Assembly (NCBI GenBank): GCA_963730935.1
Contig: CAVSTP010000003.1
Span: forward strand, 160,001-224,000
DNA: 64,000 nucleotides
Reading direction: 5' to 3'
From: an uncultured Nitrospiraceae bacterium
Lineage (GTDB): Bacteria; Nitrospirota; Nitrospiria; Nitrospirales; Nitrospiraceae
Both the position numbers and the translations under genes were made by a program. The notes under the pieces were generated by a model, which saw only the letters and a program-made list of their open reading frames with translations, did not search any database and was not told where the DNA came from. This document shows positions 9,643 through 19,027 of this stretch, one piece after another (positions within the stretch are counted from its first letter, which is position 1; every line of letters starts with the position of its first letter).

Positions 9643-12277
9643 GGGCTGACCTCCCCGACCGTCTCTCCAGAAATTGTTTCTTCACCAGACGCTCGACCGA
9701 TGCGAAATGACGGTCGGGGAGATTTTTGAACCGTCGTTTGCATTCGGCCAAAGCCTCGTCGATGGATCGACACGGATCGATCACGCTCAGCAGGTGGTTG
9801 TAATAGTCGCTGAGTTTCAGTTCGACCGTTCGCACGTGAGAAGGATTTCCGGCGATCGCCACAGCTGCCTTGGCCTGGTCGCCGTGATGCTCGATCAGCG
9901 CTTGGAAGCACAGGCCCTTCAGGCGCTGGGTGACGGTGCTGCGGTCCCATCCCAGGATGTTGGCCGTGGCCTGCATGTCAAAGGCTTGTTGCCTTAGACA
10001 CTCCAACACGGCTTCGTCCCCGGCGGCATCAGGAAACGTGGACCGCTCGCCGTCGTCGCCGCTTAACGTCTCATCGAGCGAGAAGGCATGACGGGACAGG
10101 ATACTTCCGTCCGTGAGTGCAACGGCTCGCTCCAATACATTGCGGAGCTCCCGGACGTTTCCCGGCCATCGGTAGGCGCTCAGCAGACGCAGGGCGTCGG
10201 CGGACAGTTGAGGACGAGGCTTCCCCATTCGCTGGGCGATGTCGGCGAGGGCGGATTCGGCAATCACCGCGATGTCGCCGGTCCGCTCACGCAACGGCGG
10301 GAGCCGAAACACGAGTCCTTTCAGTCTGAAGTACAAATCTTCCCGGAACCATCCTTCGGACACGCCGCGCTGAAGATCCCGGTTGGTGGCAGCGACGATC
10401 CGGACATCGACGGTCGTCGGCGCCGTGGCACCCACCCGGTAGAAAGACTTTTCCTGGAGCACCCGAAGCAGTTTGCTTTGGTGATCCAGACGCAGATCGC
10501 CGATTTCATCCAGAAAAATGGTTCCGTGATTGGCGAGTTCGAAGTATCCCCTCCGGTCGGCCGTTGCTCCGGTAAAACTTCCCTTGATGTGGCCGAACAA
10601 CTCGCTTTCAAACAACTCGGGGGAAATCGCCGCCATATTGACCGCAACGAAGGCACGCCCGGCCCGGGGGCTGAGACGGTGGACGGCGCGGGCGAACAAC
10701 TCTTTTCCGGTGCCGGGCTCGCCCAGGAGGAGCACGGTCAACGGCGAGCCCGCTCCCTTCTTCAGGTCACGAAACATTCTGAGCAGAACGGAATGCTGTG
10801 TGATGATCCCTAACGCACGGCACTCATCCTTGACCCGCTCCAGTTCGGTGTCTGCGAGTGTGCTGGAGTCCGAACTGGCGGCACGAAGATCGGTCAACTG
10901 CCGTTCCATTTGCTCGAGTTGACGCCTGGCAGCCTGTTCCTGGGCTCTGATCTCGCCAATTTCCGACTGCAGCAAGACTGTGTCTCTGGCCAGCTGTTCT
11001 TGCTGCGCTGTCGATTGCGCCACCGCCGCCTTCGCGGCCTCCAAATCTTCTTCGAGCGCTTCGGCGCGGCTTTCGCGAAGCGTCAGCGTCTCTCGGATCG
11101 CGGCGGCGTCTTGTTGCACGCGCAACATGTCCTGTTCGAGCAGCACCATCCGCGGGCCGGCCGTCAGGTGAGTCCAGGCGACGGCCGCAACGACGACGAA
11201 ACCGGCGGCTGTCAATGGCAAGGGCAGCGGAAGGACCACATGGATGCCCCACAACACGGTACTCGTCAGGGCTACATAGAGCACAAGGACGCTCCCGGCA
11301 AAGACAAGGCCCCTCGATCCTGGGAAACGCAACAGTCCCCACCCGATGGTCGACGCCAGCAGCAGCGTGAGTCCGAGCGCCGCCCATCGGCCTGTGACGG
11401 CGATCTGATTGTTCATGAGCAAGCTATTCAGTAGATGGAGATGCGTCACGATGCCGGTCACGGACTGGCCTGTCGGAAGGAGCCACGGACCGTGACTGAC
11501 TTCGCTTGGAAGGAGGACGACGATCTTGCCGTTGAACCGGTCTTCGAGGTGCCGGCGGTCATGATGCTGCATCGCCTCCCAGACCGAGGACAGCGTGATC
11601 GTCGGCAGCGCCGAGAGCGACCCATCTCCCACGGGATTGAGCGTGACGGTTGAGATCCGATCCGAGAGGAGCGGTCGCTGAAAAACGAGCGGCTGTTGCC
11701 GATACAGATCGTAGAGAACGGCGCCGAATGCCGGCACCGGCTTTCCCTCGACTGCGGACAACAGCGGGATCCGTCGTGTCACCCGATCTGGCTGTGTGGA
11801 AACCAGGACGTGTCCCGTCAGGACTCCGCCGGTTTCAAGGGCGATCTCCGGGTCATGCACGAGCGCGACCGGACCGGCCGCGTGCAACGCTTCGATGAGC
11901 AGCGCATCGCTGGCCGCTCCGCCGAGCGACGAAGGGCTGGCATGGCCGAGGCGATGGTCGATCCCGATGGCCGACGCGCCAGCCTCATGGACCGCCGTGA
12001 TGAATTGCGCCAGGACGGCCCGGTCGAGTATCCCTCCGAAACGCTCTTCGCTATCCGGATCACGGACGACAATGCTCAACGCATCGCTGGTCGCAATCGA
12101 GGCTCGAACCCGCAGCCAGGTGTCATACAGAGCCCAGTCGAGAGCGGTGAAGGTGACGGGCGCGAAGTTCCACAGTCCCTTGGCGAGCACCGAGGCCAGG
12201 AGCCCGATCGTCAGAGCCTGTAAGAGGGGAACTGTGATGAACAGCCGCCAGAGTCTGGGCCAGGAGAGTGGAATCAT
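9620..12277 (-). CDS. Membrane-anchored CHASE2-like sensor fused to a sigma54-dependent AAA+ activator
   Basis: CHASE2-like N-terminus ('[17 protein letters not shown]', 'FNGKIVVL'), 3 TM helices, coiled coil, Walker A GEPGTGKE, '[15 protein letters not shown]', 'FLDEIGD', '[10 protein letters not shown]', HTH. Confidence 0.88.
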   Translation of the reverse strand: MIPLSWPRLWRLFITVPLLQALTIGLLASVLAKGLWNFAPVTFTALDWALYDTWLRVRASIATSDALSIVVRDPDSEERFGGILDRAVLAQFITAVHEAGASAIGIDHRLGHASPSSLGGAASDALLIEALHAAGPVALVHDPEIALETGGVLTGHVLVSTQPDRVTRRIPLLSAVEGKPVPAFGAVLYDLYRQQPLVFQRPLLSDRISTVTLNPVGDGSLSALPTITLSSVWEAMQHHDRRHLEDRFNGKIVVLLPSEVSHGPWLLPTGQSVTGIVTHLHLLNSLLMNNQIAVTGRWAALGLTLLLASTIGWGLLRFPGSRGLVFAGSVLVLYVALTSTVLWGIHVVLPLPLPLTAAGFVVVAAVAWTHLTAGPRMVLLEQDMLRVQQDAAAIRETLTLRESRAEALEEDLEAAKAAVAQSTAQQEQLARDTVLLQSEIGEIRAQEQAARRQLEQMERQLTDLRAASSDSSTLADTELERVKDECRALGIITQHSVLLRMFRDLKKGAGSPLTVLLLGEPGTGKELFARAVHRLSPRAGRAFVAVNMAAISPELFESELFGHIKGSFTGATADRRGYFELANHGTIFLDEIGDLRLDHQSKLLRVLQEKSFYRVGATAPTTVDVRIVAATNRDLQRGVSEGWFREDLYFRLKGLVFRLPPLRERTGDIAVIAESALADIAQRMGKPRPQLSADALRLLSAYRWPGNVRELRNVLERAVALTDGSILSRHAFSLDETLSGDDGERSTFPDAAGDEAVLECLRQQAFDMQATANILGWDRSTVTQRLKGLCFQALIEHHGDQAKAAVAIAGNPSHVRTVELKLSDYYNHLLSVIDPCRSIDEALAECKRRFKNLPDRHFASVERLVKKQFLERRSGRSAPTAMTET

Positions 12278-13518
12278 CGTCGTTCGCCTGTGACGAAGTC
12301 GGCTAAGAGGGCATTCGCCTCCTGCTTAGGAAGTCCCTTGAGCATCGCCTTCGCCCTGGGAAGATCCTGTTGCAGGCCAATTCCTCTTCCGTAAATGCGT
12401 GCCAATATGCGTTTGGCGGGAGCAAATCCGTCCGCCGCCGTGTGCTCAAAACAGGCGAGGATTGTCTTATCGTGAGGCGGCAGCACGTTGTCCCACCCAG
12501 TTTCATACAACCGTGCTAATTCGACCTGTGCCACCTCACTTAAGGCGTAGCCTTCCTTCAGCAGGGTAGGCACGGCGACGTCGCTACGACGGTCCTTCAG
12601 TAGTCTGGTGCCGATGGTTTCTCCGTCGTCGGCCGGGCTGTACTCGCGAAACTCCTCCCAGAGTTGACGGCGATACGCGAGAAAGGCGTCCTGGGCATCC
12701 TTGCGCTTGCGGTCCGGTTGATCCGTAGACAGCGCCTGCCGCCTGAGCTTGCTGAGGAGGTCGGCGGACGGTTGATACCCGTATTCAGCGGCTTTGGTCC
12801 ACCAAAACACCGCTTTGCCCAAATCCTTTTCGACGCCTTGGCCGCTCTTATAGGCGTTGCCCAGAAAAAACTGGGCCTGCTGCACGCCGCCCAATGCCGC
12901 CTCTTCCATGAGTTGAGCGGCTTCCTGTTCGTGTTTTGACAGCTTCAGTAATAACGCGAGGCGGTATCGTGCATCGGGGAAATAGGGTTGTAGCATCAGC
13001 GCCTGTCGATACGATTGCACAGCCGCCTGTAGATGGCCCAACGAGTAGTGGACACTCCCCAGACTATAATGGGCATCGGTGAAGCCGGGATCGAGCCTGA
13101 CCGCTTCCTGCAGCACGGACCTCGCGGCGCGCCAGTCCTGCTTGGCCATGAGGATGGTGCCCAGCTGCACATGCGCTTTGGCATCGTCGGGCTGCAGTTT
13201 GATGGCCACGCGGCATTCGTCCATGGCGGCATCCAGGTCTCCGATGCGGTACAACGCACGGGCCAGCGCGAGCCGATTGGCCGCATCGTCGGGAGCGATG
13301 CGGACAGTGCCACGTGCTTCACCGAGCGCCATCGCCCCATCGGTCTGGACGAGTGATGAAGGAAGAGAGGACGGATGCTCATCACCGACTGCTTCAGGCG
13401 GCGGAGGGGGGCTTTCGAGAGGTGCTTGCGGGGTGGCCGGATCTTCGGGCGCTTGAGCCAACGATGGGGAAACGCCGAACAGGCTGAGGACGGCCACCAC
13501 CAGTAATCGACGGAGCAT
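12274..13518 (-). CDS. Exported TPR/SEL1-repeat protein
   Basis: Signal peptide, about 4 TPRs, SEL1 '[26 protein letters not shown]'; stop overlaps the activator start. Confidence 0.85.
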   Translation of the reverse strand: MLRRLLVVAVLSLFGVSPSLAQAPEDPATPQAPLESPPPPPEAVGDEHPSSLPSSLVQTDGAMALGEARGTVRIAPDDAANRLALARALYRIGDLDAAMDECRVAIKLQPDDAKAHVQLGTILMAKQDWRAARSVLQEAVRLDPGFTDAHYSLGSVHYSLGHLQAAVQSYRQALMLQPYFPDARYRLALLLKLSKHEQEAAQLMEEAALGGVQQAQFFLGNAYKSGQGVEKDLGKAVFWWTKAAEYGYQPSADLLSKLRRQALSTDQPDRKRKDAQDAFLAYRRQLWEEFREYSPADDGETIGTRLLKDRRSDVAVPTLLKEGYALSEVAQVELARLYETGWDNVLPPHDKTILACFEHTAADGFAPAKRILARIYGRGIGLQQDLPRAKAMLKGLPKQEANALLADFVTGERR

Positions 13519-13553
13519 CGAGCTTGTGACCCTCCGTTAACCGAGTGGTCGAC

Positions 13554-13562
13554 ATTATACCA
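13554..13562 (-). promoter_or_regulatory. Extended -10 promoter for the TPR-activator operon
   Basis: Minus strand reads TGGTATAAT. Confidence 0.55.
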
Positions 13563-13566
13563 TTCG

Positions 13567-13983
13567 TCACAAGCGGTTCTTCATTCGCGCGATCGTGGAT
13601 TGGATGTCCTCTGCGGACAGCGTGACGGGGTCGTGGGGAACGCGCCAGACGGGCTCAAGCGGCGCGGGATCGCTGGAAAGCCGCGGGATGAGGTGCCAGT
13701 GAATATGCGGCATCTGGTTCCCCAGCAAGCCGTAGTTCATTTTTTTGGCGTCAAACGTCTCGGCCAGCACTTTGGCGAACCGGCTGACTTCTTCCATCAT
13801 CTGGATGCGCTCGGTCGGCGCCAGGTGGAACAGTTCGGTGGCGTGACGCTTGAAGACGATCACGGTCCAGCCGGGGAAGAATTGATCGTCGTGGAGATAG
13901 GCCATCGACAATCCAAGATCCGCGATGAAGTGGTCTGAGCCCGGCCAGGTGCCCGAACAGGCGTTGCACGACGGATCGCTCAT
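13567..13983 (-). CDS. HIT family protein
   Basis: 'GNQMPHIHWHLIPR' histidine triad. Confidence 0.9.
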   Translation of the reverse strand: MSDPSCNACSGTWPGSDHFIADLGLSMAYLHDDQFFPGWTVIVFKRHATELFHLAPTERIQMMEEVSRFAKVLAETFDAKKMNYGLLGNQMPHIHWHLIPRLSSDPAPLEPVWRVPHDPVTLSAEDIQSTIARMKNRL

Positions 13984-14621
13984 GGCTGGATTGTCTTCCG
14001 TTCTTCTTCAGTAATGACCCCCTTCTTCAGCAGCAGTTGGATGAGGCGATCCGTCCGGTCTTGAGGAGCGCTGCCGCCTTGAGGCTGGTTGTTGGCGGCC
14101 TTGGGCTCGGCAGGAAGACGCTTTTTCCCATAGACTCGAAAGGACGGAGTAAAGATCGAAACATAATCCTTATTCCGAATGCGGACAGAAAACGGCGAGC
14201 TGTCAGTCAATGGAGCGAGGTCGGGAGTGGTGCCGACGGGCACCCTGAAAAACGGCTTCCCGTCCTCGGTTTCTCCGTCCTGTCCGACCACCTCAAACCG
14301 ATGAATGAGTGGTTCGCTTTTCAAGGGTTCTCGGTCTTCGCCGGCGAGGTTCGTGATTTTCTCGAGCACGACGATCAGGGAATCGGCGATGAACGGGTCG
14401 CTAGACCGGTTGCGGACGGTGAGATCATAGCGGTATTCGCTGTTGAAATTGTCGCGGCCGGTGAGCGTGACGGTGACGACGGCCTTGCCGGTAAGGTCCG
14501 TGAGCTGATCGACCGACGAGGCGAACACGGCGCCGGCGGTCGTCTCCGCAAACAGCAGCGCTCCGATCAACAGCCGGCCGATGGCAAGGAAAGATGTCGA
14601 CATGATCCGCAGGGGGCTCAT
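13980..14621 (-). CDS. Exported hypothetical protein
   Basis: Signal-like segment, beta-rich core, C-terminal 'LIQLLLKKGVITEEE'; start uncertain (14621 or 14603). Confidence 0.65.
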   Translation of the reverse strand: MSPLRIMSTSFLAIGRLLIGALLFAETTAGAVFASSVDQLTDLTGKAVVTVTLTGRDNFNSEYRYDLTVRNRSSDPFIADSLIVVLEKITNLAGEDREPLKSEPLIHRFEVVGQDGETEDGKPFFRVPVGTTPDLAPLTDSSPFSVRIRNKDYVSIFTPSFRVYGKKRLPAEPKAANNQPQGGSAPQDRTDRLIQLLLKKGVITEEERKTIQP

Positions 14622-14751
14622 AGGTCTTGAGAAGGTACCATGGGAGCATAGCAAAGACCGATGGCTGGATCGAGCATTCTCGCCGTTCTTGCCTTGACAC
14701 TTTCTTTCATCCATGGATATTCTGCGCGGCAAACGGGTCGAAGAACCGGCG

Positions 14752-15618
14752 ATGCACGATGCTACTGCCCAACATGCCCCGCTCCTTGTTCCCCGTGCGC
14801 TAGTTTCGAAATTGATGCGTCTCTACGACATCTCTCATCCGCTTCGACGCGGACAGCTCATTCGCGGCTATGATCGTGCCCACGCAGTCAGGACGGCACG
14901 CATGTGCGCCGCGGTGGCGTCTGCGCTCGGTCATGAGCCGGATCGGGTCAGGCAATACCAAATTGCCTGTCTGCTGCACGACCTCGGACGGGCCGGCCTG
15001 GATCGTCCCCTATTCGGGAAAATCTGGTCCTGGGCGAAGGCCCGCGGCATTCCGACGAGGCCGCGGGAATGGCGGGCCATCCATCCGGAAACGGCATATG
15101 GGCGAGAAACGGAGGCATTCATCGCTCGATACCGACAGGCGCTTGCCACCGACGGCATTCTCATCACTCCCTGGGCAAAGGAACAGATTGAAATGCGGCT
15201 GGGCTATGCGCGCCGCTTGGCGCGGCGGTTGCGCGCGGTGCGATCGTCGATCGCACGCATGGGCGTGCGCTGGGAATCCTGGATGCAGGCGGTGATGCTC
15301 TACTACTACTATCCAGAAAAGCTTGCCCGTGCCCGGCCATGGGTGAAGGAATTGGCGGAGGTCCTCGTCGCCTGTGAGCAGTTCGAAGCCTACAGCAACC
15401 AGCGTCGAGGCCGCGACTATTATGTGAGATACAAGGAAACAATCGCTGAGGCGTTCGCCTATCTGGAGAAGCTTGAGCGCGAGGGGATCCTCAGTGCACG
15501 CGTCATGAAGACCTTGAAGCACTTGGCGGCCTCCGGCCGGTTCGATGCCATTATTACCGAGGCTCGTGGGAGTCATCTGACAACGAAAGAACGACGGTTC
15601 CTCCATCGAATGGAGTGA
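14752..15618 (+). CDS. HD-domain metal-dependent phosphohydrolase-like protein
   Basis: 'HAVRTA', 'LLHDLGR'; TTGACA-18-TATTCT at 14694-14723 favours ATG 14752 as start. Confidence 0.75.
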   Translation: MHDATAQHAPLLVPRALVSKLMRLYDISHPLRRGQLIRGYDRAHAVRTARMCAAVASALGHEPDRVRQYQIACLLHDLGRAGLDRPLFGKIWSWAKARGIPTRPREWRAIHPETAYGRETEAFIARYRQALATDGILITPWAKEQIEMRLGYARRLARRLRAVRSSIARMGVRWESWMQAVMLYYYYPEKLARARPWVKELAEVLVACEQFEAYSNQRRGRDYYVRYKETIAEAFAYLEKLEREGILSARVMKTLKHLAASGRFDAIITEARGSHLTTKERRFLHRME

Positions 15619-15624
15619 TGAGCC

Positions 15625-16047
15625 ATGGCGGTCACCACCGTGCCCCTCAGGGTGGATATGCGGGGCGGAACGCACATCGAGAATGTGACAAAGCTGGTGC
15701 AGGACGCCTTGGGGGGTGCGAAGGCGTCCGCCGGGATCGTGACGGTCTTCGTCAAGCATACAACGGCGTCGATCATGATCATCGAAGATGAGCCCGGCAT
15801 CAGGGCCGATACGAAAACGTTCTGGGATCGGGCGGTCCCCGCCGATCCGGCCTGGCAGCACAACCAAAAAAATCCGGGCGAAGACAACGGCCATAGTCAT
15901 CTGAGAGGCCAACTCCAAGGCCCGTCGGTTACCATCCCCTTCGTCGACGGCTCGCTGCTGCTGGGCACCTGGCAGCAGGTCGTGCTGGTCGATTTCGACA
16001 CACGCGCCCGCACACGTGACCTCATCATTCAAGTCCTGGGAGAGTAA
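15625..16047 (+). CDS. yjbQ: YjbQ/UPF0047 family protein
   Basis: 'HTTASI', 'DNGHSHL', 'LGTWQQVVLVDFD'. Confidence 0.92.
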   Translation: MAVTTVPLRVDMRGGTHIENVTKLVQDALGGAKASAGIVTVFVKHTTASIMIIEDEPGIRADTKTFWDRAVPADPAWQHNQKNPGEDNGHSHLRGQLQGPSVTIPFVDGSLLLGTWQQVVLVDFDTRARTRDLIIQVLGE

Positions 16048-16054
16048 ACGCTTC

Positions 16055-17182
16055 ATGTCCGGTCTCATCATGGCGGTGCGCTCGGCCGTGTTGGGCGCAC
16101 TGCTGGCTGCGGGATATGCGGATGTGACCGGCGCCGAGTGGGGAAAACCTCTTGGGGCCGGCTATGAGGGGGCAGAGGTCAAACCTCGCCTGGTAACACC
16201 GGCGCCGCCCGAGCTCGGACCGGATGAACGCGCCACCATGGCGGTGTTTGAACGTGCGACCAAGTCCGTGGTGTTCATTTCGAACACGGCGATCCAACGT
16301 GATTTCTGGTCCTTCGACATGCTCGAGGTTCCGCAAGGTTCCGGGTCGGGGTTTGTTTGGAATAAGCAGGGACACATCGTCACGAATTTTCACGTGATTT
16401 ATGGTGCAAATGCCATCAAGGTGACGTTGGCTGATCGGAGCGAACATCAAGCCAAGCTCGTCGGGGCAGATCCGGATCACGACTTAGCGGTGTTGCAGGT
16501 TCAGGTACCGGAGACGACCTTGGAACCTCTGGCGATCGGCACTTCTCAGGACCTGCGAGTCGGGCAAAAAGTATTGGCCATCGGCAATCCGTTTGGATTG
16601 GATCATACCCTCACCACGGGGGTCGTGAGCGCCTTGGGCCGAACGATCAAGTCCCTGTCGAACCGGACGATCGAAGGCGTCGTTCAGACCGATGCCGCCA
16701 TTAATCCAGGCAATTCCGGAGGACCGCTCCTCGACAGCGCAGGCCGCTTGATCGGGGTCAATACGCAGATCATCAGTCCGAGCGGGGCCTACGCAGGGAT
16801 CGGCTTCGCGGTGCCGGTGGATACGGTCAACCGTATCGTGCCCGAGTTGATCAAGCATGGAAAGCTCATTCGCCCCGGTCTCGGCGTCTCTCTTGTCCCG
16901 GATGCCATGGCCAGACGGTGGGGCATTAAAGGGTTGGTCATCGGCAAAGTCTCTCGCGGCGGTTCGGCCGAGCGGGCCGGCCTCAAGGGGGCGAGGGAAA
17001 CGCCCTCAGGACGCATCGAACTGGGCGACATCGTCGTCGCTGTGGCCGGCAAGCCGGTGATGACCATTGATGAGCTCATGGACGTGCTGGAACATCACAA
17101 GGTCGGCGATCAAGTCGTCGTGGAGATTCTCCGAGAGAATCGAAGAGACAAAGTTACGGTAACGCTCCAGGCGGTCAATTAG
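16055..17182 (+). CDS. HtrA/DegP-like serine protease with one PDZ domain
   Basis: 'GSGF', 'VTNFHV', 'DLAVL', 'QTDAAINPGNSGGPL'. Confidence 0.93.
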   Translation: MSGLIMAVRSAVLGALLAAGYADVTGAEWGKPLGAGYEGAEVKPRLVTPAPPELGPDERATMAVFERATKSVVFISNTAIQRDFWSFDMLEVPQGSGSGFVWNKQGHIVTNFHVIYGANAIKVTLADRSEHQAKLVGADPDHDLAVLQVQVPETTLEPLAIGTSQDLRVGQKVLAIGNPFGLDHTLTTGVVSALGRTIKSLSNRTIEGVVQTDAAINPGNSGGPLLDSAGRLIGVNTQIISPSGAYAGIGFAVPVDTVNRIVPELIKHGKLIRPGLGVSLVPDAMARRWGIKGLVIGKVSRGGSAERAGLKGARETPSGRIELGDIVVAVAGKPVMTIDELMDVLEHHKVGDQVVVEILRENRRDKVTVTLQAVN

Positions 17183-17281
17183 ACCTCGCCCAGACCTCTG
17201 CCGAACCCGCCGCTCGCCTGAGGTAATCCGCAAGCCCGCTATGGTAGGATCAACCCATTCGTGTCGTGTGGAGGACCATCA

Positions 17282-19021
17282 ATGAGTGACCGCCGTATCC
17301 CGGATTCCCCTCAAGAGCCGAAACCCAAGAGCGAAGAGCCTGCGGGCAAGACCGGTTCCGACCCGCTCGAACTCATTGAGCAGTGCCTGGCGCTGTTTTC
17401 CGAAACCGATCCCCGTCAGAAGCTGCTCTACAAGCTGCGCCATGCGGTAATGCTGTCGCAAGCCGCCAATCAACAGCGGGAAGCCGAATTCAAAAAAGTC
17501 AGCGACGTGGTGGCCAAGCTCACAGCGCCCGCCAATCGCATCGGGATGTTGCTCGATATTCCCGGCGACGGTCTTGCGCATATTGTGGTGGGCGGCGCCG
17601 AATACTACGCCAATGTGGATCCCCGTGTGGCCGCCGGAGCTCTCAAGATCGGCACTCAGATTCTCGTGAACGAGGCCTATGCGGTCATCAAGACGCTGGA
17701 CTATGACCTGAACGGCCCCATCTTGAAGCTGACTGAAGCGATGGCCGACGGCCGGCTGCGGTTCGAACATGAGATGGGGCGTCAATCGTTAATTTTACGA
17801 CGGTCCACCGATCTTCTCGGCATGGAACTCAAACCCGGCGACGAACTGCGTATCGACCCCACCCAACGAATCGCCTTGGAGAAACTCGTCGATCGCAAAG
17901 CCACGAAGCATGTGCTCGACGAAGCGCCGAAGGTGACGTGGGAGCAGATTGGCGGGCAGTCGGAGGCCATCGCGGCCATTCGTAAGGCAATCGAGTATCC
18001 GCTGCTGCATGCCGCCACCTTTCAACAGTTCAAGTTCTCCCAACCCAAAGGGTTTCTCCTGTATGGACCACCCGGTTGCGGAAAAACGCTCATCGGTCAG
18101 GCGGCGGCCGCGAGCCTGTCTAAAGTGGTCAGCGAGTCGGGGCCGGAACCCGCGCAGAAAGGCGAAGGCCGTGCACCGATCACCGGCGGCGCATTTCTCC
18201 ATGTGAAGGGGCCGGAAATCCTCAATATGTGGCTGGGCGAGTCCGAACGGATGGTGCGCGATCTCTTCGCGGAGGCGAAAGCCAGGCGTCAGGACGGCGC
18301 GCTTCCGTTCATCTTTATCGACGAAGCCGAGTCCATCCTCGGCACCAGACGTGCCATGCGCTCGTTCAACATTTCCAATACGCTGGTGCCGATGTTCTGC
18401 AGCGAAATGGACGGCATCGAGTCGCTGCGGGACGTCGTCATTATCCTCGCGTCGAACAGGCCGGATCTGATCGATCCGGCGGTGCTGCGGCCCGGCCGGA
18501 TCGATCGAAAGATCAAGGTGGCACGGCCAAATCGAGAGGCCTCGACGGAAATCTTGAAGGTGTACCTGTCCGACGATTTGCCGCTCGATCCGGCCGTGCT
18601 GGCCGAGCGCGGCGGAGAACAAGGCAAGGCCATGGCTTCGCTGGCGCAAGAGGTGATCGATCGCATTTTCCGGAAGGCCGATGAGAATCGCTTGCTGTCC
18701 GTTCGGCTTCGAAGCGGGCAGCAGAAAGTGCTCTACCGCGGCGATCTGGTCAGCGGAGCGATCTTGGCGTCGATCGTCCAGCGTGCGAAGGAAAAAGCGA
18801 TCGACCGCACGATTCAAGGCGGCCAGCCGGCTGCACTGTTGGAGCAGGATCTCTTCGATGCCGTGACCGCGGAATTTCGAGAAGGGGAGATGCTCCCGCC
18901 TGATGATGCTGCAGAGGAATGGTTGAAACTCCTCGATCACCATCCCGAGCAGGTCATCGGCATTTCATCCTTCCGCCGAGGGCGGCAGACCGAAGAGCGG
19001 CTAGTCAATCAGATCATTTAG
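17282..19021 (+). CDS. arc: Proteasomal AAA+ ATPase (ARC/Mpa family)
   Basis: Coiled coil + OB-like interdomain; 'LYGPPGCGKT', 'KGPEILNMWLGESER', 'SNRPDLIDPAVLRPGRIDRKI'; SD ggagg. Confidence 0.93.
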   Translation: MSDRRIPDSPQEPKPKSEEPAGKTGSDPLELIEQCLALFSETDPRQKLLYKLRHAVMLSQAANQQREAEFKKVSDVVAKLTAPANRIGMLLDIPGDGLAHIVVGGAEYYANVDPRVAAGALKIGTQILVNEAYAVIKTLDYDLNGPILKLTEAMADGRLRFEHEMGRQSLILRRSTDLLGMELKPGDELRIDPTQRIALEKLVDRKATKHVLDEAPKVTWEQIGGQSEAIAAIRKAIEYPLLHAATFQQFKFSQPKGFLLYGPPGCGKTLIGQAAAASLSKVVSESGPEPAQKGEGRAPITGGAFLHVKGPEILNMWLGESERMVRDLFAEAKARRQDGALPFIFIDEAESILGTRRAMRSFNISNTLVPMFCSEMDGIESLRDVVIILASNRPDLIDPAVLRPGRIDRKIKVARPNREASTEILKVYLSDDLPLDPAVLAERGGEQGKAMASLAQEVIDRIFRKADENRLLSVRLRSGQQKVLYRGDLVSGAILASIVQRAKEKAIDRTIQGGQPAALLEQDLFDAVTAEFREGEMLPPDDAAEEWLKLLDHHPEQVIGISSFRRGRQTEERLVNQII

Positions 19022-19027
19022 ACCCCC

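Noticed and set aside
15010..18943. Long antisense ORFs (e.g. 15010-16071, 17795-18943; also 3391-4308, 61279-62388)
   Set aside because: Shadow frames of well-supported genes, expected at high GC; no recognisable motifs
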